Source: a virus. Taken from it: a stretch of DNA of 64,000 bases. Positions 30,701-38,900 of this stretch are shown piece after piece; position 1 is the first letter of the stretch; each line of letters begins with the position of its first letter. A program made the translations under genes and the position numbers. Under the pieces are notes generated by a model. It worked only from the letters and a program-made list of their open reading frames with translations. It was not told the origin of the DNA and made no database searches. The stretch is from IMG/VR virus record IMGVR_UViG_3300025684_000012. One strand, 5' to 3'.

Positions 30701-31366
30701 ACCAACTGACGATCTCAATGTCTTGATACGCTGACCCAACACGTCTTGGATCTCAGCATCAGTCATCTCTTGGAAGCCACCAAAGTTCGAGCCGTCGTAT
30801 CGTACGCGAACGGGACGAACAGCTCCAACGGCCGTCATTGAGTTACGAATATAGATGTGATAGTTTGTAGATACCCCATCCCCACGCGTGTCAGTGAAGA
30901 CGTTCGCTATATGGATAGAGTAATCTGATCCAGGTGAAGATGCTGCCAATCGATAGGTACCGATATAGTCATTCTGGACCATGTTACCGAGTACACGATT
31001 AGCTAAGTTGGATAAGTCCGCGTCTACCATTTCGTAGAAACCGGGATTAGGATCTTGGGCGTAGTAACCTACAGGAATGTTTTGGCCGCTTTCAGTTGCT
31101 GGTCCCGCTACCTGACGAAGGGTCGTAGTAGTTGAACCAGAAGTGATTTGGCTGGCAGGGTGAGTTCCGGGGCTCTGGTTGAAGTATGTATCAACATAAG
31201 AACCGACAGCAACTCCCGTTGGGCTAAGCGTTAGTGAACCAACATCAGTTGGGTTTAGTAATGCTTGTCCTACTGCATACGCCAGATAATTTTCTTCTAA
31301 CGGCGTAAATTCCTTCAGGTCACCATCTGAATTCAGTATTTTTAATGGGATACTAGATGCTGACAC
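27797..31366 (-). CDS. Tyr/Arg/Gly-rich self-complementary repeat protein (predicted giant beta-hairpin filament)
   Basis: 1189 aa, GTG start; globular N-terminal ~255 aa, then 4-residue-periodic YxRx / xGNY / RxRVS units mirrored about the Pro-rich turn GPPSPPIGPDPGDP. Confidence 0.85.
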   Translation of the reverse strand: MSASSIPLKILNSDGDLKEFTPLEENYLAYAVGQALLNPTDVGSLTLSPTGVAVGSYVDTYFNQSPGTHPASQITSGSTTTTLRQVAGPATESGQNIPVGYYAQDPNPGFYEMVDADLSNLANRVLGNMVQNDYIGTYRLAASSPGSDYSIHIANVFTDTRGDGVSTNYHIYIRNSMTAVGAVRPVRVRYDGSNFGGFQEMTDAEIQDVLGQRIKTLRSSVGSIGSYQLLSSAQGAPIGGGTWKVVGTAVNTKLTTAQIDYTRSRNSSYVQTRVSAYTRNRVSTFSGTYSRTTSQVFVGNYAGNYSRDFAGNYSRGFVGEYTGDFVGVYSRLRSSAYSDNYARNRISTYAGTYSRNRVSTYSRNRVSAYAGTYARNRVSSYAGTYSRNRVSAYAGTYSRNRVSTYARTRLTAFSADYTGVYTRARASVYTRARVSTYSADYTGTYSRARVSAYSRARTSAYARDRVTDFAGNFIGNYSRNFVGDYSRGFAGNYARGYAGNFVGNYATTYTGDFVGNYARGFVGDYVGDFVGNYARTRVTNYTRDDAATLTFTRVLAYTGNYSTAYTRDRVTNFTTSPSYSRTRITNYVISPSYSRTRITDYAISPSYTRARAATLDYTRTRAASYTGDYARTAYYTGNYARVAYYTGNYARVYYYTGNYARSLTYTGDFVGNYTRTGAVAYTRNRAAIGYYSRNLSYSRTGTSYYVGPPSPPIGPDPGDPQIYTRTATTYYSRTVIYTRTVTYAGNYARNVTYDYTRTRATNYTTVLGYSRDRAYYPAYSRDRAYYPAYSRDRAYYPAYTRVRAASYVGNYTRAVTYTGNYARTLIYTGDFVGNYARTLTYTGDFVGNYARTLVYAGNFVGNYARAYVADYTRTGYYTRVSSYIGDFVGDFVGEYARTSVRTSVRTRSSAYARTRITDYVGDFTRTSTRTRYSAYVRTRVSAYARTRSSAYARDRVTNFAGNFIGNYARTFAGNYARSFAGEYVGNYVGNYARAFTGNYARSFAGEYTGNYVGNYTGDFVGNYSRAFAGEYAGNYSRTFVGEYSGTYNRTFVGEYSGNYTRGFAGNYSRGFAGEYIGNYSRGFVGDYVGNYSRAFAGEYTGNYTNVFSRTRVSAYSRARTSSYTDDYARNRVSTYVGEYVGAYARGYAGNYSRDFVGNYSRAFVGNYVGMTIQPTFNIVETYTLYVRVA
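27860..30586 (-). repeat. Degenerate coding repeat array (12/24-bp base period with 30-bp and 42-bp tandem blocks)
   Basis: Tandem blocks YSRDRAYYPA x3, YTGNYARxxY x3-4, SPSYSRTRITNYxx x3 and YTGDFVGNYARTLx x3. Confidence 0.9.
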
Positions 31367-31406
31367 TTTTAATCGCTCTCTTTTTTAAAAGTTAATAGGA
31401 TGCGTT

Positions 31407-31414
31407 TATTTATA
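31407..31414 (-). promoter_or_regulatory. Late promoter TATAAATA
   Basis: Exact consensus about 40 nt upstream of the 1189-aa gene. Confidence 0.8.
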
Positions 31415-31440
31415 TAAGTTTTATCCTTACAGATAATCAA

Positions 31441-31478
31441 AAGACTAGTGCATCTCTATTAGGACATCCACTAGTCTT
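31441..31478 (-). terminator. Inverted repeat, possible terminator
   Basis: 10-bp perfect arms AAGACTAGTG/CACTAGTCTT with an 18-nt loop. Confidence 0.5.
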
Positions 31479-31507
31479 AGTGTAAGCTATTTATCAGTCA
31501 AAGTCAA
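31479..31507 (-). promoter_or_regulatory. Sigma70-like promoter
   Basis: Minus strand TTGACT-17 nt-TACACT. Confidence 0.5.
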
Positions 31508-31520
31508 CACAAAAAATAAC

Positions 31521-31549
31521 TTGACTATAATAACTTTTCATAGTATAGT
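31521..31549 (+). promoter_or_regulatory. Sigma70-like promoter, antisense to the fibre genes
   Basis: TTGACT-17 nt-TATAGT. Confidence 0.55.
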
Positions 31550-31579
31550 ATTTCTACCAGAAAGGGGAGAGAATATATG

Positions 31580-32047
31580 TTATGGTTGCATGGGCCATAC
31601 CAATTCCTCTAAACTAGCAGGGTTGTCTAATGTTGACGGAAAGTCGCGTAGTTGTTGTCTATATACTGCCCACGCCTGCTTTTCCTCTTCTGTTAATGGT
31701 GCATCGGGAGATTGAGTCCAATCCGATTTGTATAGTTTATTGTTACGTATACCCTTGATGTCGTTCATGAATGCCACAGCATCCCACTCCCAATCAGTAC
31801 CATTATATATAGCGTGACGATTTGGAGGTTTTCCTACATATACGAACGATGATCCATCCCAAAAATGCAGTAAGGGGTTCCAACCAGGGCCCATGAAGCC
31901 TTCTGTCATTCTATCAGGCGTCACGTGAACTGTGGTAATCCCATTTTCAGTACCTTCTGGTGGTACTGATGCTTGAGGAAATTCTACACACATGATACGG
32001 CCAGTATCTTCCTCAATTTTAGCTACATATTTTACTACTGTTGTCAT
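31580..32047 (-). CDS. Tail fibre assembly chaperone-like protein
   Basis: C-terminal RNNKLYKSDWTQSPDAPL....KQAWAVYRQQLRDFP...WP motif. Confidence 0.85.
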   Translation of the reverse strand: MTTVVKYVAKIEEDTGRIMCVEFPQASVPPEGTENGITTVHVTPDRMTEGFMGPGWNPLLHFWDGSSFVYVGKPPNRHAIYNGTDWEWDAVAFMNDIKGIRNNKLYKSDWTQSPDAPLTEEEKQAWAVYRQQLRDFPSTLDNPASLEELVWPMQP

Positions 32048-32065
32048 TTCAATAATTTCCTCTTT

Positions 32066-32782
32066 TTAAATTTGCTCAGCAATCCATATAGGACCATAAT
32101 TATCATAATAATACGTTGGTTCGAACCCCTGACCACCCGCTGGATCAGGTTCATCCTTATCCATATCTAGGTGGTATGCATTTTGAGTACCAGGCTGTGG
32201 GATTATGCAGGCTTTACTTCCTAAGGAATCCCAGTAAGTCCAGTCAGCGCTGATATATTTTGAGGCGTCCGTACTAATTGGATCGGAGCCATATCCATTA
32301 AGAGCCCTAGCTGGAATAATAGAATTAACGCGTAATCCAGCATTGAATTTAATTTTTCTAGAATCGAAGGCAGACTCCCCACCAGCCGTCAACACTTGTA
32401 AACCATACTCGCCAACCGCGGTTACATTTGTTACATCTTCCATAATAATATACTGGACGGATCTTAGGGCATACGCTTGATTCCAAGCAAACCCATCACG
32501 GTTATATGCTGCGTAGTCGGATGATACAAATTTCATAACTGGGCCACCGAGGGTACCGGCTAAAATAGCTACCTCGTCGTCTACTCCCTGTACATAGTTT
32601 CCGTTAGCGTCGGTATGGGGTCTAATGAACACTAATCTGTTTTTACCGTAACCGGAAACAGGTACCGACCACCCAGACCCCATGGCGGTGATAACATAGT
32701 TGACAAGCCCTCGCTCGGTATCAAGTTGGATAATCTCGTTACCGCCACCATCAAATGATTTAACAACTAATCCGTAACTCAT
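32066..32782 (-). CDS. Fibre-tip accessory protein
   Basis: Two YGL.V...G motifs (MSYGLVVKS, EYGLQVLTAGGESAFDSR), typical of proteins encoded after gpJ-like fibres. Confidence 0.6.
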   Translation of the reverse strand: MSYGLVVKSFDGGGNEIIQLDTERGLVNYVITAMGSGWSVPVSGYGKNRLVFIRPHTDANGNYVQGVDDEVAILAGTLGGPVMKFVSSDYAAYNRDGFAWNQAYALRSVQYIIMEDVTNVTAVGEYGLQVLTAGGESAFDSRKIKFNAGLRVNSIIPARALNGYGSDPISTDASKYISADWTYWDSLGSKACIIPQPGTQNAYHLDMDKDEPDPAGGQGFEPTYYYDNYGPIWIAEQI

Positions 32783-33633
32783 TATGCTATCCTCGCTGCT
32801 ATTATAACTGGAGCTGATGCGGTAGAGCGATCGTTTATCACTGTCAGTGTGTTGCCTGATACAGAATAGCTTATAGAAGTATACCTGAAACCAAACGCTA
32901 CAATAACTTTGGTAGGATCCCCTACATCTTCTATTGTAATATTTGTCGTTGAGTATGGTCCAACCGAAACACTACCGTAAAATACTAGGTTTAATACTCT
33001 AGTTGTAGGGTTGATAATTTCAGTTACACCATCTGGTCCATATACCACCAGACCATATTCAGCATCCGATGCTGGCGCACCAGTATACGTAGGAGGAGCT
33101 CCAGTACCACCAGAAATTGTACTAACACGAGTCGTAGTTCTTGTATAGTCGCCTACAGAAGTTCTGGTGAATGTTCCACTAAATGTGTTCGTAGAGCTTC
33201 TAGTATATAATCCGCTGTACCCCCTGGAATACACTCCTAGGAATGATCGGGCATAGTTACCGGCAAATAACCGCGAATATCCCCCAGCTGATGATACTGT
33301 ATAAAACCCTTGGTACGCTCTTGTGTAATACCCAATATAGTTTCTCGAGTAATACCCAATTGACTCTACGGTTCTAGATCTACTAAACGATCTAACATAA
33401 TTACCGGTGAAGTTTCCAATGAAATCGCCGACGAATGACCTAGAATAAAACGCAGTACTTTCGTTACCATCCTCAAAATTCGCATATGATATTAGTCGAG
33501 TACTAGCAGTACCTGCTCTAGTCCTAGTATAATCTACGACTCTTGGAGTACCTGAAAAGTCAGCTGTAGTGCCTCCTGTTCGGGTGCTAATTCTAGTAAA
33601 TGTGGAGGTTCTTGTATAATAGGATTCAGGCAT
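32782..33633 (-). CDS. Y/R/G repeat strand (residues 1-175) fused to a YGL-type fibre-tip domain
   Basis: N-terminal YSR/GNY repeats and C-terminal EYGLVVYGPDG; TAATG-coupled on both sides. Confidence 0.75.
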   Translation of the reverse strand: MPESYYTRTSTFTRISTRTGGTTADFSGTPRVVDYTRTRAGTASTRLISYANFEDGNESTAFYSRSFVGDFIGNFTGNYVRSFSRSRTVESIGYYSRNYIGYYTRAYQGFYTVSSAGGYSRLFAGNYARSFLGVYSRGYSGLYTRSSTNTFSGTFTRTSVGDYTRTTTRVSTISGGTGAPPTYTGAPASDAEYGLVVYGPDGVTEIINPTTRVLNLVFYGSVSVGPYSTTNITIEDVGDPTKVIVAFGFRYTSISYSVSGNTLTVINDRSTASAPVIIAARIA

Positions 33634-34169
33634 TACGGCTCAATCCCCCCATTAGGAGCGGTGAATAATATAGATGTTATTGTACCAGTACGCGATATAG
33701 TCCTACTGTAGGTCCCACCATAATAAGCCGTATACACCGCAGCAAAATATCCTTGACTACCCACTCTAGTGTAAAATGGGGTAAAGTATTGATATCTGGA
33801 AAATGAACGAACGAAAAGTCGAGAGCTCGTTACCGACGTTCGTGTTCTAGTAAAATTTTGTGTTCTGTCTCTGGTGTATGCAGAGACTCTAGAAACGGTG
33901 AACGTTCTAGTATAAGTCCCAGCAAATGATTGGGAATAATTACCCGCAAACGCTCTACTATAATACCCAGAAAAAGTTCTAACAAATGTTCCGGAATAAG
34001 TGCTTTGTCTATTCCTGGTATAGGTTGACGGGCGCAGTCGCGTAAAGGTTGCAGAAAATGTATTTGTTGTATCGGAGCTATACGAAGATACACGATTTCG
34101 AGTGAACGACGTTACGTAGTTCCCTGCGAATGATAATGTCCTTGTATACGATACTGTAAAATCAGCCAT
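33633..34169 (-). CDS. Y/R/G repeat protein, complementary to the next gene product
   Basis: 178 aa made largely of YTRxRxS and FAGNY units; AGGA RBS. Confidence 0.75.
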   Translation of the reverse strand: MADFTVSYTRTLSFAGNYVTSFTRNRVSSYSSDTTNTFSATFTRLRPSTYTRNRQSTYSGTFVRTFSGYYSRAFAGNYSQSFAGTYTRTFTVSRVSAYTRDRTQNFTRTRTSVTSSRLFVRSFSRYQYFTPFYTRVGSQGYFAAVYTAYYGGTYSRTISRTGTITSILFTAPNGGIEP

Positions 34170-34180
34170 TTTTTAATCCT

Positions 34181-35776
34181 TTATGCTAGCCGGCCAAATC
34201 TAACGCGGGGGTTACCACCAGCATCAAATATCTGCATTAAGTCATTAGTCATTGTCATGGACCCGGCCGTAGTACTAGAGCTTATATTTAGGGATCCTGT
34301 AACAGTAGCGTTTGATAGTAGAATCTGGTCACCGTCGACGGTAAATGGCCGAATAGCACTGTCCGATGAGTTTACTATAGCAAACTTATCAGCAAAGATG
34401 GACATAGCGGCAGTTTCGCCATTATTGTTAAATTCAATACCAGCTACATGACCATTAGCATCTAAGTTTAGAGTATACCCAACTTCAACACTAAGATCGA
34501 TACCGTCTATTCTAGTGTTGAGGGTCTGCTCGGCGGTTGCTACCGTATTATTAATCGTTTGTGTTAGTGATGTGGTTGCGTTCTGTACAGCTGTAGTGAG
34601 CTCTCCATCCGTAACATATGTATTTGATAATGTTGTCAACGCAGTTTGGACATCACTATCGATTTTGTTGTTAAGAGTTACCTCTAACTGGGAAATAGCA
34701 TTTAAATTGCCACTGTCGCCTGCTACAACTTCGGCTCTGAGATCGGACACCGCATCTGCAATTACATCGGTTAATGCCCCAGCGCTATCGAGTAACGTTA
34801 GCTTAGAGTTTAGGCTTGTTATTGATGCAGATACAACTCCGATTTTATCAGAGTTTGCGTAAATTCTAGTATATAAATCATCAGTAATACCACCCACTGC
34901 TGCAGCAACATCATCTGGGTTGATCTCTAATCCACTATCAATGGCATTTTGTAGAGTTACTTGGAAGCTATCAAACCGGCCGGATAGTACTTCAAGCTCA
35001 TCCGAGTTAGCTGTGGCAGATGCCACAAGATTGGAAATTGCTGTTGAATTAGCTTGTATTAGGGGGGATAATGTACTATCAAGTAATGATAGGTCAGCTG
35101 ATAAGTTCGTAACGGCCTGAGAGACAACACTGATCTCATCTGAGTTAGCATTTATTCTAGTATCTAATGTGGTGAGTGCGCCACCAATCGCTTGCACAAT
35201 TACTGCGGAATCCAATTCGATACTGCCAGTAAATTGAGCTTCTAAACTCACCAGATCCTGTGATAATACCTCAATGCCACTATCGAGCACAGATATCTGG
35301 GAAGTTAACCCACTATAAGCAGTCGACAGTGCTGATACATCTGAATCTAGATTAGTGTAGTTGGTTGATAGATTGGTATAGTCTTGGGCTAATAATACTA
35401 AGCCCCCTTCAACATTATCTACTCTAGCTACTAAGCCAGTCTCAGCTAATATACTGTAAAATTGACTCGAGTCTATAGAACCATCAAGATTCAAATTAAG
35501 TATTATGGATTGTATGAAATCCGAATCTATAATATTAATTATAGTACTTTGATCGAGGTAGTTATTGATAGTGTCGCTGTTTATGAATTGATTAATTACG
35601 CTACTGTCAATATAATTATTGATAATATTGTTGATGACATCGCTATCAATATAATTATTGATGGTATTGTTGATGGCATCGCTATCCGCCGTCCAGCTGA
35701 TAAGGTCGAAGTTTTCATTCATCTTATCAACAGCGGCGTTGATGTGATCAGCTAGATTGATTATTTGAAAAGCCAT
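34181..35776 (-). CDS. Coiled-coil fibre with gpJ/DUF1983-like C-terminal domain
   Basis: C-terminal LDANGHVAGI...IFADKFAI....RPFTVDG...IFDAGGNPRVRFG; N-terminal NNYIDSDVINNI repeats. Confidence 0.75.
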   Translation of the reverse strand: MAFQIINLADHINAAVDKMNENFDLISWTADSDAINNTINNYIDSDVINNIINNYIDSSVINQFINSDTINNYLDQSTIINIIDSDFIQSIILNLNLDGSIDSSQFYSILAETGLVARVDNVEGGLVLLAQDYTNLSTNYTNLDSDVSALSTAYSGLTSQISVLDSGIEVLSQDLVSLEAQFTGSIELDSAVIVQAIGGALTTLDTRINANSDEISVVSQAVTNLSADLSLLDSTLSPLIQANSTAISNLVASATANSDELEVLSGRFDSFQVTLQNAIDSGLEINPDDVAAAVGGITDDLYTRIYANSDKIGVVSASITSLNSKLTLLDSAGALTDVIADAVSDLRAEVVAGDSGNLNAISQLEVTLNNKIDSDVQTALTTLSNTYVTDGELTTAVQNATTSLTQTINNTVATAEQTLNTRIDGIDLSVEVGYTLNLDANGHVAGIEFNNNGETAAMSIFADKFAIVNSSDSAIRPFTVDGDQILLSNATVTGSLNISSSTTAGSMTMTNDLMQIFDAGGNPRVRFGRLA

Positions 35777-35977
35777 TTACAATTTCTCCACTATTAGAGA
35801 AAGCAACGACTTTATTTCTGCTATCTCTTTCTCTAAGGTATTTATTCTATCCAGCTCTTGTTGATGAGCAGCTTTTCTAGCTTTGGCCTGAGAAATCCCA
35901 GAGCGATCCATATTGAGAATCGCTCCGGTTCTTTTATCTCTCATTAGATGAGTGTGACCCTTTACTTTTTGTAACAT
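35777..35977 (-). CDS. Small conserved T4-like hypothetical protein
   Basis: KVKGH..L.RD..TGAILN followed by a coiled coil, a pattern usually found after the DUF4815 gene. Confidence 0.7.
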   Translation of the reverse strand: MLQKVKGHTHLMRDKRTGAILNMDRSGISQAKARKAAHQQELDRINTLEKEIAEIKSLLSLIVEKL

Positions 35978-35978
35978 A

Positions 35979-38900
35979 TTAAACAGCCAACGCTATTGTT
36001 CTGAAGTCGCTGATGATAGGAATCTTCGAAGAGTTGGTTGATTGCATTACAACCCTAGCTTGGAATATATTGAATTGATCATCAGTGTCTATGGTGTATG
36101 AATATTCTCTAAACACGTTTCGACTCTCGTCACTCGGTATGTTATTATCAGCGTCAACCAACACCCACTCAGATACCTCTAGTGAAGATTCGTCTGCTGC
36201 TGTTTTAACATAAACCTCAAACTCGACTGTACTTGGCCGATGGGCCGAAAATAGTATTTTAAGCCCTACAGCTGACTCATCTAGGATTACAGGTGTAGTA
36301 ATATGCTGAGCAGCCGTTCCCATATCAATAACGTTCTCTAGTGTCATTACTGATACCCGTTGAAGATCAATCAAGGGAGATACTTTAGTATCAGTGGTTG
36401 ATAGAGTGATGTTGAAGGTCATGTCATCAGGCGATGCTATAATCGTCGGTCTATCGTTCAGGTTGAGATCGTTGATGAATACCTGCTTTGAGCCCACAGA
36501 TGAATATGCACCATTATACAGAGGGTTGTTACGGTTTCCTCCAAACGAGGCTCCAGATGTTTGAGTTACTGTTGCCGTTATACGTGTTCCGTTAGGAGTG
36601 ATGTTGGCAATGTTAGGAGTCATCTCGTCAATCATGATCTGCTCACTTGCTACAACTGAAGAGCCTCCTCCTAGTACAGAAGCGGTGGCTACTGTCCCCA
36701 CGTTAATCTGATATCCTTCCCAAGACACACTTGCTATTAGATGGGTACTATTTAAACTTGCTGCAGGGATTCCTCCAATAGTACCCTGGACGCCACTAAT
36801 CTCAACTTCGTCATTTGCGTTGAATCCATGACCCTGATGGGCAATGTTTACTAACGCACTATTCTTCTCAACTGAGATAGGATTTGGACCTAATGTAATC
36901 TTAGGTACTTCTGTGTTAGATAACACTACATTGGCAGTTGTATCAAACTCAGCGCGATATAACTCAAACATTAAGTCTCTCGTTTGATCGGGTGTCCAAG
37001 TAGAACCATTCTGTGATAAGAATAGTGAGCCAAGAGTTGGCTGCTTATCCACTCTACCTTCTCGCTGATTCGGCCCAAGGATAAACTCGTAGGTTTCAGC
37101 AACGTACGCGTTGTATTCAACCGATTCGGCTAACAGTACTATGGCATACTCTTCGCCTGGGGTTAAATACACAGGTTCATCGAAATCAATATCTGTACCA
37201 CCAAACAATCGAACATCTGCTATATCAGTATCGGGCGTTAATGGCACCACGTTGATATTCGAAGGGGATACAAACTTATTTGATCCAGGGACGATTCGTG
37301 TAGTTGGTATGCCATTTTCTACGGGTCGGATTTGTACTTGTAACGGAATCGCGCTATCTTTACTCTCCATGAATACTTTAACATGGGTTAGGAACAACCC
37401 ATTAGGATTCTCGACTTGATCGATGAAGAACGTTTGAGCGAGAGGATCTATGCGCTCAGAGATAGTTTCTACGATTCGTGTACTGCGAATGGTGCGTTGT
37501 ACCGCATCAATACGACCGACCGATTCATAGTTAGCTCTCGATGATGAAATAGCCATATCGTCATCGTTGATGCTAACGTCAAGTAATTTAAATTCTTGTT
37601 GACCAGTACGGAATGACATACTGGGGGTGTTTGGTACAAAGAATGACCCAATCAATACACCGTTGTCGTCTGTTACTAGCTCTGTAGACCCATTCGGGTG
37701 TCCGCTAGCGCTAGCAAACTCACTTCCGGACTCTCTTGGGTTATCGGAGAAAAGTCTAAATACATTTTCTTGACGCACCCATGGCTGCACAGATTGGTTA
37801 CCGAAGAAGGCAAACATTCTAGTTTTTGGTCTCAGTCCTTCGACCCGGAAATAAACTTCACGAGATCTCATGAACGGCACTACTTCAACGTCAACAACCT
37901 GCTCTCCTAAAAACTCTTGGATAGTGGTTTCTACGATTCGCGATGTAACCCTACCACCGCGTCCGCCACCAGTTCTATCGGTGCTGGTTCGACGTACGTT
38001 GGATTGCATAATCTCGGGCAGCTGACGTACTTCTACCCACTCATCCGTAGCTGGAGATAATGTCATGTGACCGGTTTGCGTAATTACAGCGAACGGATTG
38101 ATATTCATTCTGCCAGTGGCCAGTAGCTGACTAGCTAGTAACGTGTTAACATGAGGCAGTACTGCAACATCCCCTTTCTTAACAGCCGAGCTTTGCCTCA
38201 TAGCGAGACGCACAGAGTTCTCTCTAAACGACGGCATCAACTCTCCACTTGTTGGTTCAACTGAAGCGCGATAATCGGGGTTATTCAAATCACAGAAGTT
38301 TAGTGATCTGAAGTTGTCAGCTATGAATCCTGATTTGGTACGGTTATTACCGAGCTCGTCCAATACCGCCAGTGTTGCTGTATCTGCTTCGAGTAAGCTA
38401 AGTGTGGTAAGCTCAAACAAGGTATCGATTCGGTCTTCCAACTTTGCAATGTCTTGCATAGTGAACCGTTTGTGCGGAATCCTAGTAGTAGATAAATCAT
38501 TCTTATCTGCTGTATAAGCATTCAGATCTATCTGGAATAATGATAGCGAACCAACCGGCACTTGAGGTGGACGGGGATCTAGCGCCGCCTCACCTTCAAT
38601 TATTTGTAGGCGTCCAGTACCAAGTCTACCCCTCGAATCTAGAGTATTAGCTACCAGAAGGTCTATACGCGGTAAGTAGTAAGTAGCGTCGACGCTGATA
38701 ATACTTTTGTTTCTTGGTAGTGTGTTGATGCTACTCGACTGAATACCATCCGCTAAAATTACCGGACGGAAGTCTAATACATCAGTCAGTTGTATTGTAT
38801 CACCAGAAGATGTTTTATATGACGGTACGTTACTGTAAATTGTAGGGTACGACTCGACACTGAAATAGTCCCCGTCCCCATGGAAGTAGTGCTGAAAAAT

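Noticed and set aside
33625-33640. Split of the two repeat ORFs as stop-codon recoding or a pseudogene
   Set aside because: The stop is TAA with a frame change, in a TAATG overlap also seen at 11230, 32782, 49012 and 54507, and core genes read normally in the standard code.
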